Source of the DNA: an uncultured Acidobacteriota bacterium
GTDB lineage: Bacteria; Acidobacteriota; UBA6911
Reading direction: 5' to 3'
Length of the DNA stretch: 64,000 nt
Assembly (NCBI GenBank): GCA_963809485.1
Contig: CAWEJX010000009.1
Span: forward strand, 32,001 to 96,000
The notes beneath the pieces were generated by a model. It did no database searches. It saw only the letters and a program-made list of their open reading frames with translations, and was not told the origin of the DNA. Positions 50,738 to 59,910 of this stretch are shown piece after piece. The position numbers were made by a program, and so were the translations under genes. How positions within the stretch are numbered: the stretch's first letter is position 1; every line of letters begins with the position of its first letter.

Positions 50738-51022
50738 ATGCTAAAAATTACCACCATCGATGCAAACGGTACCAGAAAGCTAAAGCTTGAAGGGAAGCTC
50801 AAAGAGGCATGGGTTCTCGAGCTTGAGCAGTGCTGGCGGAGTCTGGATGGGCGAAGGAGGATTGTCGTCGATCTGACGGACGTTGATTTTGTGGACACGG
50901 CCGGCAAATATCTGCTGGCTCTTATGTATGGCCGCGGCGCCCGCTTTGTTGCGGACAGCCCGATGATGAAGCAGTACCTGGCCAAGCTTGTGGCCACTTC
51001 CAAGCACCTGACAAACAATTGA
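50738..51022 (+). CDS. STAS-domain protein
   Basis: LKLEGKL..W..ELEQCW..VDLTDVDFVDTAG. Confidence 0.8.
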   Translation: MLKITTIDANGTRKLKLEGKLKEAWVLELEQCWRSLDGRRRIVVDLTDVDFVDTAGKYLLALMYGRGARFVADSPMMKQYLAKLVATSKHLTNN

Positions 51023-51112
51023 TGTCAGGCTGGCCTCTGGATCAATGAATCTGCGCAATCGAGGCTGCGCTATAGATCCTCTGCTGCGGCTGGATTCCTG
51101 AAAGGTGAAAGA

Positions 51113-51307
51113 ATGATCGGCAAAGAACGATGGGTTGAGATCATGCGGGCAGCGGGCATGGACGATCAGGATATGCACAGCTGGCATGAACAATTTGAAA
51201 AACTCGAACCCGGCGCGCACCAGGAATTTCTCGAATTCCTGGGTATTGAAACCTCCGAAATCAAAAAAATACGCGAATGGAGCCGCGGCGCCGGCCCATC
51301 CCGCTAA
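51113..51307 (+). CDS. C-terminal domain of a MerR-family regulator, HTH absent; possible remnant
   Basis: WVEIMRAAG..MHSWH..FE...P..HQEFLEFLGI. Confidence 0.6.
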   Translation: MIGKERWVEIMRAAGMDDQDMHSWHEQFEKLEPGAHQEFLEFLGIETSEIKKIREWSRGAGPSR

Positions 51308-51600
51308 AAAATCCGGGAAGACGAAATAACCGGCGCGGCCGGCGCCATAATCTTGATGAAGTAAACTTCTGAGCCGGCCGCGCTGCGCATTCCGTGTTCC
51401 TTAAGGACGTAGTCCCCGCTTAGAGACCCCTCCTCCAGGTTTCCCTAAACAAAAAAATTCCTTTCCCCGTCTTCTGGCGTATAGTCGAAGCACTTGGTGA
51501 TTTCATTGGCAATTCGTGCAAAAGACCTGGCCAAGGGGCTTCGCTTCTTGAAATCCCCTCGCGCGCAACCCTTGATGGAATTCGAAGCGCTCAGGGATTT

Positions 51601-51637
51601 GGAACTGGAAACTGGAAACTCTGAACTGGGAACTGAA
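51601..51637. repeat. Heptamer tandem repeat
   Basis: GGAACTGGAAACTGGAAACTCTGAACTGGGAACTGAA. Confidence 0.6.
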
Positions 51638-51739
51638 TTTTCTAAACTATTTCGATACACAATTTTCTGAGTAAGCGCCTATTCTGCTGTAATGACAGAT
51701 TCATTGGGTCCTGCATGTTCGCAAAACGGGAGGGAACAA

Positions 51740-53479
51740 ATGAGCCAAAACTGGCGGGAACTCATCAGTCAACCCAAGCACAACATCAAAACCGAGAAGG
51801 ATGTTTTTGCACCGATGCGGGATGGGACTCGCTTGTGCGTGAATATCTACCGTCCGGAGGCAGCCGGGAGATTTCCTGCGTTACTGGCCATGGGCGGATA
51901 CGGCAAGGAGTTGCAGGAACTTCTGATCCCGCCGCAGCCGCTTCATAAAAGCGCGGTCTGGGATGGGAACATCGAGGCCGGGGATACACCGGACATAGTG
52001 CCCCGCGGATATGTGCATGTGATCGCGGACGCGCGCGGGACGGGCAAATCCGAGGGAGAATTTCCCGGCATGTGGTCTTCGCAGGAAGGCCGGGACGGTC
52101 ACGACCTGGTCGAGTGGATCGCGCAGCAGCCGTGGTGCGACGGGAACGTGGGAATGATCGGCTACTCTTACTATGGCTGCATCCAGCTGAAAGTGGCGAT
52201 TGAACAGCCGCCGCATCTGAAGGCAATTTTCGTTTCCCATCTGGTCAACGATTTCTACCGGGACGGCGTATACGGCGGAGGTGTGCTCGGCCTGTTTTAC
52301 TACGGGATCTGGGACGGCCGGCACGGCACGAGCGGCTTTGCTCCCAAAAACGCTCCCGTACTATCGATGAAGGAATTTTCCGGGGAGGAGTTCGAGCGCA
52401 GGCGCCAGGCGCTGTTGAACGATCCGGATATCCGGCACTATCCCAATATCTACCACTTGTTGAACTACCCCCAAAAGAATCCATGGGTCTTCGACATGCT
52501 CATGCATCCCTTTGACGGCCCCTTCTGGCAGGACCGGTCCATTTATCCTCATTTTGACAAAATCAGGATTCCCGTGTACGTGGTCGGCAAGGCCGCGCAC
52601 GGCGCCGGAGCTTTCTGGGATATTTACAGCGGCATTCAATCGGCCAAGAGACTGCTGGTCAAACCTTTCGGGCCGGAGGAGAGGCCGTGGCGCGAGGATA
52701 CCGAACTCATCATCCGCTGGTACGACCATTGGCTGAAGGGCTTGGACACCGGAATAATGAACGGACCGCCCATTCACATGTTTGTCCAGGGAATCAACCG
52801 GTGGCGCGATGAGACGGAGTGGCCCCTCCCGGGAACCGAGTGGGTAAAATGCTACCTCCGCCGATGGGAGAACCTGTCTTTCGCCCCTGAGCGTTATCAG
52901 CATCACCCGGACTGCTTCCTTCAGCAACCGCTTTACCTGTCCAACAAGCGAGACTCCGTCAAGTATGTCAGCGCACCCATGCCCGAGAACATAACGGTTA
53001 TCGGGCCTTCCGCATTCAACTTTTACGCTTCCATCGACACGGACGATACCAACTGGATCGTCAAATTGAGCGATGTGGCCCCGGGCGGCGCGGAGACGCC
53101 ACTGGCCAAGGGCATCCTGAAAGCCTCGCACCGTGCCCTGGACCGGGAAAAATCGAGGCCCTATGCCCCCTATCACACACACGTCCAATCGGATCCGGTC
53201 GTGCCAGACGAAATCAACGAGTACAATGTAAGTCTGGGCAAGATAACCAATGTCTTCAGGGGGGGCCACCGCATTAAACTCGAAATACTGAGTCTGGAGT
53301 CTCCCAGGGATCCTGAGATGCAGATTCATTATCACCCGACGCTGCCCAGCAGCAGGACCACTCTGCACAAGATTTACCGCAATAAGGAGTACCCTTCGCA
53401 CCTTGTGCTCCCTATCGTGGGCAGGAAGGACAGCGTGATGGAATACCTGAGCGACGAGAATATGGTGGGGGCGCTTTAG
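51740..53479 (+). CDS. CocE/NonD family serine hydrolase
   Basis: MRDGTRL, DARGTGKSEG, WCDGNVGMIGYSYYG, RWYDHWLKG. Confidence 0.93.
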   Translation: MSQNWRELISQPKHNIKTEKDVFAPMRDGTRLCVNIYRPEAAGRFPALLAMGGYGKELQELLIPPQPLHKSAVWDGNIEAGDTPDIVPRGYVHVIADARGTGKSEGEFPGMWSSQEGRDGHDLVEWIAQQPWCDGNVGMIGYSYYGCIQLKVAIEQPPHLKAIFVSHLVNDFYRDGVYGGGVLGLFYYGIWDGRHGTSGFAPKNAPVLSMKEFSGEEFERRRQALLNDPDIRHYPNIYHLLNYPQKNPWVFDMLMHPFDGPFWQDRSIYPHFDKIRIPVYVVGKAAHGAGAFWDIYSGIQSAKRLLVKPFGPEERPWREDTELIIRWYDHWLKGLDTGIMNGPPIHMFVQGINRWRDETEWPLPGTEWVKCYLRRWENLSFAPERYQHHPDCFLQQPLYLSNKRDSVKYVSAPMPENITVIGPSAFNFYASIDTDDTNWIVKLSDVAPGGAETPLAKGILKASHRALDREKSRPYAPYHTHVQSDPVVPDEINEYNVSLGKITNVFRGGHRIKLEILSLESPRDPEMQIHYHPTLPSSRTTLHKIYRNKEYPSHLVLPIVGRKDSVMEYLSDENMVGAL

Positions 53480-53582
53480 GAGATTTGATATGAGGGATTT
53501 CCGGGCGGCCGCCGGGCCGCCCGCCAAAATCCCCGCGATCTCAGATGCGGTTTCCGGCCAGTCCCTGCCAAGGCGTCCGCAT

Positions 53583-53790
53583 CCTCCAGGTAAGCCCTAG
53601 ACACCACGGTTGCGGGCCCCTCGAAGGAGCCCGATCGCTACCTATAAAAGATAGGGGCCGTTTCCAGTGCCCTAAATCCCTTTGCAGCTTTTGGAGGCGC
53701 AGAATATCGAATCACGAATGATGCATTTCGGAATCCCGCCCAAAATTCTGCGGTTCGACATTCGAAATTCTATATCCGGTATTCTGCCGT
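53583..53790 (+). repeat. Dispersed composite repeat copy 3
   Basis: GGCCCCTCGAAGGAGCCCGATCGCTACC..GCTTTTGG..CGCAGAATATCGAA..TTCTGCGGTTCGACATTCGAAATTC. Confidence 0.7.
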
Positions 53791-53907
53791 ACCTATGCTC
53801 CCGGTTGCCGCTATAGCACCGGGAAAAAGGCCTGCTTCCGTATTTGCCAAACAGATCCTGCCTCGCCGGCAGAGTCGGTGAACCTCGCGACGGCTCCGAA
53901 CACCGGA

Positions 53908-54624
53908 TTATTTCGATGGCGGCGGTATCCTCTTGGGCTTGGGTTTTCCCTTTTCCGACGAGCCATCGGAATCGATCCAGATATATTTATTCCTCATGTC
54001 CGCCGGTACCATGTCCTTGAAGGAAGTCTCAACATCCTTGGGCGAATACTGGGCTTCTATAAATATGAAGGGTCGCGTGACCTTCGTGACGGTAAAGGGA
54101 CAATGAATGAACCCGCCGTGGTATGAACACCAGGGACGGCTTCGAAATGACATGCTTTTCCATCTCCGGCCCCATATAGACGAATGTATTCAGCTCCCAG
54201 CTCCTGTGGATGTTCGATATCGGTGCCCAGCGCCACCAAAACCTCCGGATCCCTGTGCTTGTGCGGACCATGCCCAGCTATCTTGGTTGCGGACTCGCCC
54301 ATCAGCATGGCGGAAAAGAAGTGGCATCCCTCGATGATGTCACCGTCGCAAAAGACGAGGAACATATTCTTGGCCGCGCCGATATCCTATTTCCAGTTCC
54401 TCAGGCCTCAGCTCGGTCGTGAAGTATTTTCGATACTTCAGTTCCCCCGCCTGCGGGACAGCGGGCTGGACAAGCGGGCCGGGCGCTGCGATCAACTGGC
54501 CGCTTGGGGGCTGGAGGGCTGCGCTCAAGGCGCCGGCAAACGCTGCGCCGGCCGCGCCGACAGCCACATCCTTGACAAACCCTCTCCGCGATGTGCTTCT
54601 CTTATCAATCCTGATGAGACTCAT
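53908..54624 (-). CDS. Tat-exported cupin-like protein with three +1 frameshifts
   Basis: SRRGFV leader; PHKHRDPEVLVALGTD..ELGAE..YMGPEMEKH..FIPGGFIHCP; removing single bases near 54384, 54188 and 54118 gives 237 aa. Confidence 0.8.
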
Positions 54625-55340
54625 TGATTTTCTCCTTTACCGATGGATACGTGAGTTCCCTTCCTGGTGTTTCGCGCGAATTCCCTGATGATGACGGCAT
54701 GATATCCCATCTTCCCGCGCTATTCACCCATTATCGAATTCCGGGATATACAAAAGCTCGCCTCCTTACAGGATACAGAGAGACCAAAGGCAGTAAGCCG
54801 GGAGGCATCGGTCCGCTTCGGGTGCCCAAACGGAAAGACTCTTCTATGCTTTGAGACTCTTCCACACCTGAGGCTTTCTCCGGCTTTCAAGGCCGGTTTT
54901 GGCTGCCAGGGGCGGCCGCAGGATCGAGCCCGCAGTTTTGCCTGAATCCCGATGGTTTTGCATTGACAACGTTTGCCCGCTAGATTATCAAACTAATACC
55001 CGGCGCCATGCGCCCGGATGGCATGACTCACTGTTCATTTCTGGATTGGCTGGGCTTCTGTTGCGGATCATTGATGATTTTCCCAAATTTCAATCATCAG
55101 GCATTCAATCAGGCAGGCAGTGTTTGGCAGGAGCCCGTGCAGTCGGGAGGCTCGCGGATTGATTAATTCTGCAATCGCCTCGATCCATGAACCGCGCATC
55201 GAGAGCCCCTGCCGGGACAAGGCTCATGGCCTATGCAGCGCTCGGCAGCGGCGCGAGATGGGTCCATCGGGGCCGTCCCATCAATCCCGGATATTTGCCG
55301 GATCCGCCGGCGCAAAGCCCGATCGAGGGAGGCGTAGTCC

Positions 55341-56627
55341 ATGTCCATAGCTATTGTCGGAATGCTGGACGAGAGAGAAGAAGCTCTCGGAATCATCAGA
55401 GATTGCATTGCGCAGCGCGGCCACAAGCCCCTCTTGATGGATATCAGCGTCGGAACTGGCGCCATTGTCCCCTCGCTCCAGGCGGATGTTCGTTGCGATG
55501 AGTTGCTCGAATTGGGCAGAAAAAGCGCAGAGCCGGGTCCAGGGGGCAAAAGCACCGTGACATCTGTCATGGCCCAGGGGCTGGTGGCGAAGATCCTGGA
55601 GCTCCAGAGGTCGGGAGAACTGCAGGGCATCATCGCCATCACCGGGATGACGGGCGCGCTCATATCGCTGACCGCAATGAAAGCATTGCCTTTCGGCGTC
55701 CCCAAGCTTCTCGTATCCGGCGCCACCGCCCAGCCCGCACACGCAAGCCAGTTCGCCGATTATTTTGCGGTCCGCGATATAACGGTAATGAACACCGTGG
55801 TCGACACCGTAGGAATGAATGCGCTGGTCCGGACACTCGCTGTCAACGGAGCCAACGCCATTTCCGGGATGGTGGAAGGGGCCCGGGGCCTCCGGCATGA
55901 GAGCCGGCCCTCCATTGCCATCACCGAATTCGGCTTTTGCGAGAAGGGGGCGCATCACATCCGGGCAATTCTGGAGAAGGAATACGATCTGGTCTCATTT
56001 CATGCAACGGGTCTGGGCGACAAAGCCGTGATGGATCTGTTGCCCCAGGGGATCTTCCAAGCATTTGTCGATCTTGTCCCGGGGGCTTTCAGCGAACACC
56101 TCCTCGGAGGCAACAGAGGCTTCGTGGGACCGAACCGCCTGGATGCGGCTTCCGCTTTGCCTCTGCCTTACATTTTTTGTCCGGGCGGTTTTGACATCAT
56201 AAGCTGCGGGCCCATGGAAAGGAGGGACAGGAATGATCCGCTCTGGACATCGCGCAGGCTTGCGGAGAGAAAACTGTTCGTGCAGGACCCTCCCAGGGTC
56301 CAGGCCAGGATGAATCCCGAAGAAACGGAATATGTAGCCGCAGCCGCCGCAGAAAGGCTGAATCAATACAGCCTCAAGGCAAGGGTCAAGGCCGTAATCC
56401 CGCGCAGAGGCTTTTCCTCCATCAGCATGGAAGGGGGCCCGCTTCACGATCCTGCGGCCGACAGGGTTTTTGCGGCCGCTTTCAAAGAGCATCTGGATCG
56501 CGAAATAGAAATCATTGAAGTGGACTCGGACATAAACAGCCCCGCTTTCGCAGAGGCCGTGGCGGGGGCGTTGGCGCGCGCCATGACAGGAGAAACCGGA
56601 AAGGGAGGTTCATCGCAGCATGGATAA
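55341..56627 (+). CDS. Tm-1-like ATP-binding domain protein (UPF0261), divergent copy
   Basis: IVGMLD, LPFGVPKLLVS, D..GMN, FHATG, PGGFD, DINSPAFA. Confidence 0.88.
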   Translation: MSIAIVGMLDEREEALGIIRDCIAQRGHKPLLMDISVGTGAIVPSLQADVRCDELLELGRKSAEPGPGGKSTVTSVMAQGLVAKILELQRSGELQGIIAITGMTGALISLTAMKALPFGVPKLLVSGATAQPAHASQFADYFAVRDITVMNTVVDTVGMNALVRTLAVNGANAISGMVEGARGLRHESRPSIAITEFGFCEKGAHHIRAILEKEYDLVSFHATGLGDKAVMDLLPQGIFQAFVDLVPGAFSEHLLGGNRGFVGPNRLDAASALPLPYIFCPGGFDIISCGPMERRDRNDPLWTSRRLAERKLFVQDPPRVQARMNPEETEYVAAAAAERLNQYSLKARVKAVIPRRGFSSISMEGGPLHDPAADRVFAAAFKEHLDREIEIIEVDSDINSPAFAEAVAGALARAMTGETGKGGSSQHG

Positions 56628-58356
56628 GATCGAATTCGTCGATCAAACCATCCGGGATGCTCAACAGAGCCTCTGGGGCCTGATGATGCGGACCGACCAC
56701 ATAGTCCCGATTGCGGAAACCATGGGCAAAGTGGGATACCGGGCGATCGCGACCGTCGGTTCCCAGGCGTTCACCGTGCAGGTTCGAAAACACAATGAAG
56801 ATCCGTGGGAGAGGATCCGGACTCTCTCTCAACTTATGCCCCGGACCTGCCTGCGCGGGTCCTACCAGACGGCCAGCCTTTCCGCATTCGACCTCAGCAC
56901 TCCTCGAAATATCATTGTTCTCTGGATAAAGCGGTCCGTGGCCAACGGCATCAGAAGCTTCTGGATCTGCGACTACCAGGAAAACATGGAGAGGTTCCGA
57001 TATTTCGCCCACATAGCCCGGAACGAGGGAGCCGAGATCGTCACGGCGCTGATGTACACGCAAAGCCCGGCCCATACCGATGAGCATTGGGCGCAAAAAG
57101 TCCGGCTGATAGCGGACTCGAAGGACTGCATCGACCGCATCATGATCGAGGACGCCTCCGGCATCCTGACGCCGGAGCGAACGCGCAAGCTGGTCTCCAC
57201 GGTTCAGAAAAATTGCGGCGGCATTCCGCTCGAGTTCCACGGTCACTGCAATTCCGGGCTGGCGCCTCTCTGCTACCTGGAAGCCATTGAATCAGGCGTC
57301 ACGACCGTCCATACCGCGGTTGCGCCTCTTGCCAACGGCACTTCCATGCCTTCGACAGAGAACATATTGAGAAACGCGCGCCGCCTGGGCTATGAATCCG
57401 ATTTGAACGAGGATGCTCTTTCCGCCGTATCCGCCCATTTCAGGGCGATTGCCCAAAAGGAAGGATTGCCCGTCGGCGCGCCCGTGGAATATGACCTCTT
57501 CCATTTTGAGCACCAGGTTCCCGGGGGGATGATGACAAACCTGACGCGGCAGCTCCGGGAGGTGGGAATGGAGCACCGTTTGAGTGAAATCCTTCCCGAG
57601 GTCGCAAAAGTGCGCAAGGAATTCGGATATCCCGTGATGGCGACCCCTTATTCCCAGATCGTCGGATCGCAGGCTGTCGAGAACATTGTCTCGGGCGAAC
57701 GATATAAAAAGATCACGGACGAGACCATTAAATATGCCCTGGGCTACTATGGCCAGCCCGTCGTTCCACTGGATCCGAATCTGATGGACAAAATCCTGAG
57801 CTTGCCCAGGACAAGGGAATTTCAGGACTGGGAGCCGGAAGGGTACCACAAATCCATTGAACAGCTGCGCGAGGAAATCGGGCCCGGGCTTTCCGACGAC
57901 GACCTGCTGCTCCAGGTTCTGATTCCCGGCAAACCGCTTCGGCGCGGCGAGCATAAGGCCCGGGCCCATGCGCCGATCGCGGCCGCTGAAGCAACCGGCG
58001 GATCCCCCATCGGATTCAGGAGCGTTGCGGGGAGGTTCAGCGTGGAGGTGGACGGAGAGATATTCAATGTAAAAATCTCGCCCGTCCCGGAAGAATCCGA
58101 TAAAACCGTTGAAAATGGCCAATCGCGGCCTGCGGAATTGCCCCAAGGATCGGTGGTCTGCGACATCGCGGGACTGGTGCTCTCGATTGAGGTGAAAGTC
58201 GGGGACCGCGTGCATGAGGGAGACCCGGTCGCGGTGATCGAGGCGATGAAAATGAGAAGGCAGATTCACTCGCCCCTCGAAGGGGTGGTCCGCGGTATTT
58301 TGGCAAGAGAGGGCGAAATCGTCGACATCAACGATGTTCTGATGGTGGTATCCTGA
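56620..58356 (+). CDS. PycB/OadA-like carboxyltransferase with biotinyl domain and atypical active site
   Basis: DQTIRDAQQSL, EDPWERIR, FHGHCNSG, HQVPGGM, GYPVMATPYSQIVG, EAMKM. Confidence 0.9.
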   Translation: MDKIEFVDQTIRDAQQSLWGLMMRTDHIVPIAETMGKVGYRAIATVGSQAFTVQVRKHNEDPWERIRTLSQLMPRTCLRGSYQTASLSAFDLSTPRNIIVLWIKRSVANGIRSFWICDYQENMERFRYFAHIARNEGAEIVTALMYTQSPAHTDEHWAQKVRLIADSKDCIDRIMIEDASGILTPERTRKLVSTVQKNCGGIPLEFHGHCNSGLAPLCYLEAIESGVTTVHTAVAPLANGTSMPSTENILRNARRLGYESDLNEDALSAVSAHFRAIAQKEGLPVGAPVEYDLFHFEHQVPGGMMTNLTRQLREVGMEHRLSEILPEVAKVRKEFGYPVMATPYSQIVGSQAVENIVSGERYKKITDETIKYALGYYGQPVVPLDPNLMDKILSLPRTREFQDWEPEGYHKSIEQLREEIGPGLSDDDLLLQVLIPGKPLRRGEHKARAHAPIAAAEATGGSPIGFRSVAGRFSVEVDGEIFNVKISPVPEESDKTVENGQSRPAELPQGSVVCDIAGLVLSIEVKVGDRVHEGDPVAVIEAMKMRRQIHSPLEGVVRGILAREGEIVDINDVLMVVS

Positions 58357-58357
58357 A

Positions 58358-59833
58358 ATGATCAAGAAGATTCTCATAGCCAATCGCGGCGAGATCGCAA
58401 TCCGTGTTATGAGGGCATGCCGCGAAATGGGAATCCCTTCCGTCGCCGTATTTTCGGAAGCGGACAGGGATGCGCTTTTTACCAGGTACGCGGACGAAGC
58501 TTACGGGATCGGCCCGGCGCCGGCATCCCGGAGCTATCTCAATATCCCCAAAATCATCCAAACCGCCAGAGAATGCGGGGCTGATGCAATCCATCCCGGA
58601 TACGGATTCCTGGCGGAAAATCCGGAATTTGCCCTGGCCTGTGAGAAGGAAGGGATCCGCTTTATCGGGCCATCCAGCGGCGTGCTCAGGCTCCTGGGCG
58701 ACAAGCTGGCTGCAAGGCGCGAGATGATTAAGGCAAGCATCCCTGTTGTGCCGGGAACGGTTGAGCGCGTGGAGAACTTCGAGCATGCCCGCAGCGCGGC
58801 CGGAGCCATCGGATATCCCGTGATGATCAAGCCGTCGGGAGGCGGCGGGGGGATCGGGATGACGGTGGTCGGGAACGAAAGCGAGCTGGCGGATGCGCTG
58901 GAATCCGCGAGCGCGATCGCCAGGACGACTTTCGGCCTCGGAGACGTTTACATCGAGAAGTATCTGTTTCACCCGCGCCACATTGAGTTCCAGATACTGG
59001 GGGATTCCGGGGGCCATGTCATCCATCTGGGAGAACGGGAATGCTCCATTCAGCGAAGGCATCAAAAGCTGATCGAGGAATCGCCGTCCACGGCGCTCAC
59101 TCCTGAGCTGCGTGAAGCCATGGGCGCGACCGCGGTGAAAGCCGCCCGGTGTGTCGGGTATGAAGGGGCGGGCACCGTGGAGTTTCTCTTTTCGAATGGA
59201 AGCTTCTATTTCCTCGAAGTGAACGCCAGGGTTCAAGTGGAGCATCCGGTTACGGAGATGGTGACCGGCACGGATATCGTGAAGGAACAGATTCGGATTG
59301 CCGCGGGACTGCCTCTTCGTTACAGGCAGGAGGACGTGAGGATCAGGGGGAGCGCCATCGAGTGCCGTATCAATGCGGAAGATCCGCTGAATGGCTTTGT
59401 CCCGGCACCTGGAAAGATTCAGACCTATCATGCTCCCGGCGGCACAGGCATCCGGGTAGACAGCGGAGTCTGCAGCTCCTGCTCCATCCCGCCTTTCTAC
59501 GATCCGCTGATATCAAAGCTCATCGTCTGGGGCACGGACAGGGATGAGGCGATCGCAAAAATGCAAAGAGCCCTTTACGAATATGTGATCCTCGGAGTCG
59601 CAAGCAACATTCCGTTCCACCAGGCGGTGATGGAGAATCCGCGGTTCAGGGCCGGGGAACTGGAGACTGGATTCATCGACCGGGAAGTTTCACTGAACGC
59701 TGACATAAGACGTATTGTGGAGACTGGAGGGCGATTGCAGGATAGATTTCCCCGCCAGGCTGAAAACAGGAAAAAGGTCGTCGCAATGGCGGTTGCCGCC
59801 GCTTTGTCCGGTGCGCTCGAACCGAGGCAATGA
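58358..59833 (+). CDS. Biotin carboxylase (AccC/PycA)
   Basis: ILIANRGEIA, HPGYGFLAEN, GGGGIGM, RECSIQRRHQK, EVNARVQVEH, RINAED. Confidence 0.96.
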   Translation: MIKKILIANRGEIAIRVMRACREMGIPSVAVFSEADRDALFTRYADEAYGIGPAPASRSYLNIPKIIQTARECGADAIHPGYGFLAENPEFALACEKEGIRFIGPSSGVLRLLGDKLAARREMIKASIPVVPGTVERVENFEHARSAAGAIGYPVMIKPSGGGGGIGMTVVGNESELADALESASAIARTTFGLGDVYIEKYLFHPRHIEFQILGDSGGHVIHLGERECSIQRRHQKLIEESPSTALTPELREAMGATAVKAARCVGYEGAGTVEFLFSNGSFYFLEVNARVQVEHPVTEMVTGTDIVKEQIRIAAGLPLRYRQEDVRIRGSAIECRINAEDPLNGFVPAPGKIQTYHAPGGTGIRVDSGVCSSCSIPPFYDPLISKLIVWGTDRDEAIAKMQRALYEYVILGVASNIPFHQAVMENPRFRAGELETGFIDREVSLNADIRRIVETGGRLQDRFPRQAENRKKVVAMAVAAALSGALEPRQ

Positions 59834-59910
59834 AGCTGCAGCCCTGTCCGGGGCGCCATGGAATCGATCCATCGGAGTTTGATGCCATTCGGAATCTTCG
59901 GAGGTTTTCT

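Noticed and set aside
53560-53680. Moco/Wco riboswitch-like GGAAAC hairpins
   Set aside because: Between convergent genes and better explained as copy 3 of the composite repeat
53908-54624. Programmed frameshifting or Sec read-through at TGA 54340
   Set aside because: The TGA lies in the shifted frame after an insertion; no slippery sites; three insertions fit sequencing error better
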